In this document: in pieces, positions 58,633 through 64,000 of the stretch | Layout: each line of letters begins with the position of its first letter | Position numbering within the stretch: position 1 is the first letter of the stretch | Assembly: GCA_000004985.1 (NCBI GenBank) | Contig: GG738863.1 | Strand: one strand, 5' to 3' | DNA length: 64,000 nt | Source: Naegleria gruberi | Taxonomy: Eukaryota | Translations under genes and position numbers: made by a program | The notes under the pieces: model-generated | Database searches by the model: none | The model's input: the letters and a program-made list of their open reading frames with translations, nothing else | What the model was told of the DNA's origin: nothing

Positions 58633-61600
58633 TGAGTTGGAAATACTACGGAGTGGTTTTTCTCATGTTGATCGCGTTTTTATTCTTGATTGGTGTTTTG
58701 GGAAGTGGAAATTTGTTGTTTGTGGAAGGAAATGAAAGGATAAAGAAATTTGAAAGGATTATTTGTCCTGAATCGAAGAGTTTGGTCTATTCATTTAAAT
58801 CAATTACCTTGGTTGGTAATAAGATTCAATCAAAAAGTGTTTCTGGAAGTGGCCAATTGGAAAATGTTTTCAGTGGAAAAGTTGTCTTATCATGTCAACA
58901 GGAAATGAATCATGATTGGAGGAATATTATCGTTGTCAGCTTCTCAGAGTCGATATTTGAACAATTTCATGGAAGAGGTTTAAATAAGAGATATAGGAAA
59001 ATGATTTCTAGAGCTGATCTTACGAAAGAGTTGAATGAATTTCCAATGATAATCATTCAATCTTTTTCAGGGCATATTTTCAAATTGATATTTAATAAGA
59101 GGGAGACAGCTTACATCAAAACAATGAAAAAAGGAATATTAAGATTGTTGACAACTGACACCAAAAAAGATGCCAGGCATCAAACAGATGGATTTGGAGG
59201 GAAATATTTCCAAGAGTACAAGAAGAGTTTAATATCCAAAAAGCCAGAGTTTTTGACAGTTTATCAAGAATTTTCCAGCAAGGACTTTTACAAAATTCCT
59301 ATTTCAAAACGAAGAATCAATTACCAAGCTAAACATTTAGTTACTGTTGATATTCAACACCACTGGATACATCACGCTTCAATGTTGATCAGCCTAAGCC
59401 ATCAACAAACGAAAAACTCTAATATTTTCAAAGAATTTGAGAATATTTCAAAGAGGGAGTCTGTTCAATCCTCACTTAAATCGTCAGATAATGTTGAATC
59501 TGGACTATACTCCACAATCAAGCTTAACAAGATTGTCAACATATCGATTGCTTCATCTATAGAAAACTTTAACGATCTTATTAGATCAATGTTGAACAAT
59601 ACAAGGTCTCAGAATGACTGGATGTTCGAAAATACATTTTCATCAAAGAAATTGGACAAAAGATATTTCTCCCTGTTAAACAGGAGGAAATTTTCAACGA
59701 TTCACTTTCAAAAACTTCTTTCATTGCTCAAAGGAGATCCTTCACTCCAGCACAACACAACAAGATTGGTAGGAATTGTTTCAAACTATAAAAAGTTGGA
59801 CACTATTCAATCAGCAAGGATATTATTGAATCATCTCGTTGAAGGCTTGCACAAGCTCAACAAGCTAACCGGAGCCGAATATCTCTCAACCAAAACCTAT
59901 TTGGAAATCATTCAACAATTAGTTGCAACGACAAGAAACGAAAATATCCAAAATGATCTTATAGCTATATCATCAATAGAGCCAGTTCTTGCAAACAATT
60001 ACATCTACTCATCCATTAATATTCAAAGACCTAGCTCAAATGTTTATTCATTTATTAAACATTTAAAAAACCATGGATTGAAGTTTATATCACATAACAT
60101 TACATCTGAATCAAATTCAAATGTAAAAAGAAACGCTTACCTAGCATTTGCAGACCTTGCACATAGACTGCAAGATAAGACTCTTAAAGATACTATTGTA
60201 AGAGAAATTTTGGACAGTATAGAAAATGCAGAATCGAAAGAAGACATCGAGACCCACTTTCATGCTCTAAACAATGCCGGTGAAGCAGTAGATCCCTATC
60301 TGTTATACGCAATATGGGCTTCTGACAAGATTCCAGAATATTTCAAAATTCTATTAACAAAGAATATAAGAAAGAGGATAAAAGATGACCCAACCTTAGA
60401 TAGAATTATTCTTAAGATTTTGAGGAGTGAGGATGAAAATTTCTCTCCAAATTTAAAATCAAACTTGATTGAATCCCAGGGAGAAAGAGAGTATATATTG
60501 AATACATGGTCGTTGGTGAAACCATTAGCAAGAATTTACAAAGTTGTGAGAGATGAGGGCATCAAGAGTACAATACGAAAGTACATGTACAATGCAGGAA
60601 CTGATAATTCAGCAAAATATCTTTCAAAGATGCTAAACAAGAAACAGAGGCATAATAGGAAAATCAAAGGCAATGATTATAGAAAGTTTGGGCTCTCCAA
60701 TGAAGATTTGGATATTTTGAATCAAGTTGAAACAAGGAATGCCTTATTTATTGGCGGATTCATGAGAAGGATTCAAGACACCCTCTCGAAAGGAAAGGAA
60801 AAGATGACCCTCTTTGTAAACAAATCCCTCAAGGAAGGGATTCAAAAAGCATCTAATTGGGTTGAAACCAAAGCTGCAGGAGCTCTCTCCAAAATTACAA
60901 AACTTGTTGGAGATTTGAAATCCAAATTTGCTTCCCCAGCAACAATACGAGATGAGAAGGCTTGCATTCAAGTGAGTGAAAATATCAATGACACTGTTTG
61001 CTTCTACAATACTGACATGATTTCTTTCTTTCAAAAACAAGGAAATTTATCCAATATGAAATTCTCCAAACATTTTGAATTTGAAAAGATTGCTGGCCCA
61101 AAGGCTGTCAATCTCTATTGTGGAATGGCCATTTATAGTGGAGCCTCATTTGACTGCAATGCAGATAAGAGTTATTTTGATTTTGTTCTCATTGCAAGAG
61201 CAGCCTTTGAAGCAAGTGCTCTACAACGAAAGTTTTCACTATTAGAATTGAGTGCAGAGCTCACCAAAAGACCACATAAACCAGTTAGGGACAATATTTA
61301 TCTAAGAATTGCTCAGACAACATTTGTCAATACAGGTTTTGTTCCAGAGCAAGTGAAAAAGTTTATTTCCCTTTGTTTGAGTGAAACTAAACCAATATTT
61401 GAAAAGACGTTTCCAGTCATTGCAACGCATGAACAAATGGTAAATATAGGACCAGTACCATTGACTTTTCATATTTCACTCTCAATGCGTGTTGCAGTAG
61501 AGTTGGTTTATGGTCTGTGTGTTGAACGATTGGAAGCAGCCACGTCTTTGGAGCCATATGTATCAGTTTCATTGACTGGTGGAGCAGCTATTGGAATACC

Positions 61601-62591
61601 AGTAGCAAGAGCAGGGATGTATATTCGATCTACTCTCACATATCGACTTGTACCAAGATTGGCTTTTGAGAAGTGTAATATCTGTGCCAGCTTACAACAC
61701 AAGGTTGATAGCTTGGAATTTCAAATAGGGTTGAGTGCAAAAGTTTTAACTTTTGACAAGTATTGGAAATTCTATGGTAAAACAACAAGACCCTATATCA
61801 AAACAATCTTTGAAAAATGTATACCTCTATTTGGTTCACCTACTGTTTCCATTAAGAGCAAGGATACCACCTTTGATTTGAAGTCCAATGAGGAAACTGG
61901 AAGTAACTCTCAATCACTTTCAAATGAAGAATACTCAACTCAACAAGTTGATGTGAAAACCATCAACACAGAGGATGAAACCAATACCAAATCAAAAGAA
62001 TCAATCTCTTCATACAAACCCCTATTTGGGTCAAATCCAATGAAACTTCCAGAAATGAAGTTACCAACAGAGAGTAAGGAAAGTCTCAAACCTCCCCCAA
62101 CAGAACAGCCAGAATTGGAATGGAAATTAGAATTTCTATCTCAACAAGTGCCTCATAAAATCATACAAAGATTTGGATTGGAAAACTTGAGAAGACTTCC
62201 CTCAAATTATTTCCAATTGACTGAAGAAGAAAGAGAAAATATTCCCTATGAAGTTTACTACCTCCCAAAGAGTGACTTTTCCAATTTCATATCTAAATTC
62301 AGTCCCACAAGCATGTTAAGGAACTCGGCAATATCACCTCTCTCGTTTGAAAGATTATGGAGAAGAGAAGTATTGGAAGGGAGATTCCCAATTCAAGTGT
62401 TGAAACAAATTCCCTTAAAAGATTTGAGAAGTCTCCCAGAACCAATCATTCGTTTAAGAAAAAGGATTTTGCAAGAAATTCCTCTCCAGCTCTTCAAAGA
62501 AGGATATCAACAAATTAAAAGTTGGATATGCTCAAAGTACTACCACTTATGTAATGAGCTTGACACCTTGATAGTGATGAGAAGTGAATAA
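58633..62591 (+). CDS. Large secreted protein (about 1320 aa), unknown function; weak resemblance to lipoprotein N-terminal (vitellogenin-N) beta-barrel
   Basis: The first ATG lies within the long ORF at about 58633 (MSWKYYGVVFLMLIAFLFLIGVLG, signal/anchor). The remainder is hydrophilic with no further TM helix. The N-terminal roughly 200 aa alternate in a beta-strand-like pattern ending KKGILRLL. The middle region is helical. Confidence 0.4.
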
Positions 62592-62731
62592 AATAACCTA
62601 TTATCTTTTTGATTACAAATACCAAGAAAAGAAATAGTTATTTTAATTAAGCTCGCGACTAAATGTTTATAATTTGTACAAAAGAACTTGTGAAAGCTTA
62701 GAGCAATCTATATTTTACTACATGTCTCAAT

Positions 62732-63982
62732 TTAGAGCTTTCTCTTTTCCTTCAAAGCTTGGAGTTTCTTTTCATCTTCCAATCTCTTTTGTTCCAATTG
62801 CTTCTTTCTTGGACCTAAGAACTTGTTCTTTTCGGTAGTGGTTTGGAATTTACCCTTACCAACCTTGGAGGTAGTATCGATAAACTTCAAGACAATTTCT
62901 TCCTTCATGTCTCTGCCCCACTTGTGTTCTGGAACCAAAGTCTTTCTCAAAGTGACAACTCTTCTTGGTGGACCTTGAACGTTACCCTTGACCATAACCC
63001 AGTCGTTTTCAACAACACCATAGTTAACAAAACCACCCATTGGGTTGACATCCTTTTCAGTCAAATCGAAATCAGTCATTGCGGACTTCTTTCCTTCTTC
63101 AGTCTTGTTGGACTTTCCGATTCTGTAGATCTTCTTATTTTGGTGGACTCTGTGGAAGAAACCCTTTTGACCAGCTCTGGCAACAGAGAAGGAAACTCTA
63201 GCTGGATGCCAAGCGCCAATACAGGCAACCTTTCTCAAACCTCTGTGGGTCTTTCTTGGCAATCTTCTAACACCCCATCTGGAAACGACACCCTTAGTAC
63301 CCTTACCCTTGGAGACGGCAATAACGTCGATTGGTTCATCCTTAGCGAAGACAGAGTCAACAGAGACGAGCTTTTCGAGGTTAGCAACAGCGAACTTGAT
63401 CTTTTCATCAACAGTACCACCGTTAACTTGGATTTCAGCAACGTGAGCCTTCTTGTTGTTAGTGGCAGTAACCTTGCTTGGTTGAGTGTGAGCAACAATT
63501 CTGATAACATCAGCGTTCTTCTTGAATGATTCCAAAGCTTGAGTTCTCTTTTCTTGAGCAGCTTGTTCCAAGTAAGTCTTGGTGAGCTTAGTGAAAGCTC
63601 TCTTCTTGGATCTACACCAATCCTTATAGTAAACTCTTCTGAATTCATTGCTGATATTCTTAGCCCAGACAGTACCGATGGCCTTCAAACCAGTTGGGGT
63701 TTGCTTATAACCAACAACACCGACAACAACCATTGGTGGAGCTTCAATGATGGTGACAGCATCGAGACCTTCCTTCTTGTGCATCTTAGAACCTGGCTTG
63801 TTAACTTCACGGACAATGTGGGTCATACCAGCCTTGTAACCAAGGAAAGCAGTCAAATGAGTAGCCTTCTTTTGGTCATCCTTTGGGAAAGCCTTAACTC
63901 TACCTCTTTCTCTTCTAGCCTTCTTTCTTGGCAAGAAACCAAGAGAACCGTGTCTTGGTGCTTCAAACTTTCTGTGAGACAT
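62732..63982 (-). CDS. RPL3: 60S ribosomal protein L3 (uL3) with K/E-rich C-terminal extension
   Basis: The 416-aa single exon starts [22 protein letters not shown] and contains ...[12 protein letters not shown]... and the W-finger region. It is collinear with eukaryotic RPL3. Codon usage favours C-ending codons, typical of a highly expressed gene. Confidence 0.95.
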   Translation of the reverse strand: MSHRKFEAPRHGSLGFLPRKKARRERGRVKAFPKDDQKKATHLTAFLGYKAGMTHIVREVNKPGSKMHKKEGLDAVTIIEAPPMVVVGVVGYKQTPTGLKAIGTVWAKNISNEFRRVYYKDWCRSKKRAFTKLTKTYLEQAAQEKRTQALESFKKNADVIRIVAHTQPSKVTATNNKKAHVAEIQVNGGTVDEKIKFAVANLEKLVSVDSVFAKDEPIDVIAVSKGKGTKGVVSRWGVRRLPRKTHRGLRKVACIGAWHPARVSFSVARAGQKGFFHRVHQNKKIYRIGKSNKTEEGKKSAMTDFDLTEKDVNPMGGFVNYGVVENDWVMVKGNVQGPPRRVVTLRKTLVPEHKWGRDMKEEIVLKFIDTTSKVGKGKFQTTTEKNKFLGPRKKQLEQKRLEDEKKLQALKEKRKL

Positions 63983-64000
63983 GTTGTTCTATTTTTTTTT

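Noticed and set aside
1-64000. Prokaryotic-style defence island, CRISPR array or operon structure
   Set aside because: The window is clearly eukaryotic (spliceosomal introns, Galpha, fimbrin, RPL3, ARPC5). It has no direct-repeat/spacer arrays and no operons.
1-64000. Assignment to Dictyostelium discoideum specifically
   Set aside because: Gene content and poly-N proteins are Dictyostelium-like. However, intergenic DNA here is only about 70% AT and lacks the long poly(A)/poly(T) deserts of D. discoideum. Taxon is left open (another dictyostelid or an unrelated AT-rich eukaryote).

Overview
This is a eukaryotic nuclear scaffold fragment, not a prokaryotic locus. It is about 68-70% AT, uses the standard genetic code, and carries spliceosomal introns with GTAAGT...AG boundaries, mostly 40-250 nt long. 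Two runs of exactly 50 N (scaffold gaps) and one single ambiguous base are present. The window is gene-dense, roughly one gene per 2 kb on both strands, and many genes have zero to four introns. Several proteins carry long Asn/Gln/Thr low-complexity tracts. Reading the six-frame translations, I recognise about 30 protein-coding genes:
- PXMP4 (5' partial)
- a Galpha subunit whose ORF runs on into an F-box extension
- a DHX35-like DEAH helicase
- an AlkB-family dioxygenase
- a 1.9-kb-ORF thioester-containing protein (TEP/A2M/CD109 family)
- three class III nucleotidyl cyclase genes within 15 kb: one PAS-cyclase, one truncated paralog, and one roughly 1600-aa gene with the soluble-adenylyl-cyclase architecture (tandem cyclase domains, STAND P-loop NTPase, TPR-like repeats)
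- an NBR1-like PB1/UBA protein
- a CCR4/nocturnin-type EEP deadenylase
- ARPC5
- a Ras-family GTPase
- an RCC1-repeat protein
- a mitochondrial 2-oxodicarboxylate-type carrier
- fimbrin/plastin
- a PARP-like domain protein
- a class-I-like PI3K catalytic subunit
- an F-box/LRR protein
- L-threonine 3-dehydrogenase
- a TARG1-type macro-domain protein
- ribosomal protein L3
- several large secreted or membrane proteins without recognisable homologs
The gene repertoire (TEP, sAC-type cyclase, many Galpha/LRR/N-rich proteins) and the low intron density suggest an AT-rich protist such as a dictyostelid-like amoebozoan. The base composition is less extreme than D. discoideum, so I cannot assign taxonomy from sequence alone. 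I found no rRNA, no convincing tRNA, no transposon and no CRISPR array. The most interesting items are the cyclase gene cluster with an sAC-like gene and a micro-exon, the signal-peptide-less TEP with a Cys-rich bait region, the Galpha-F-box in-frame ORF, and a 470-bp duplication abutting the assembly gaps.
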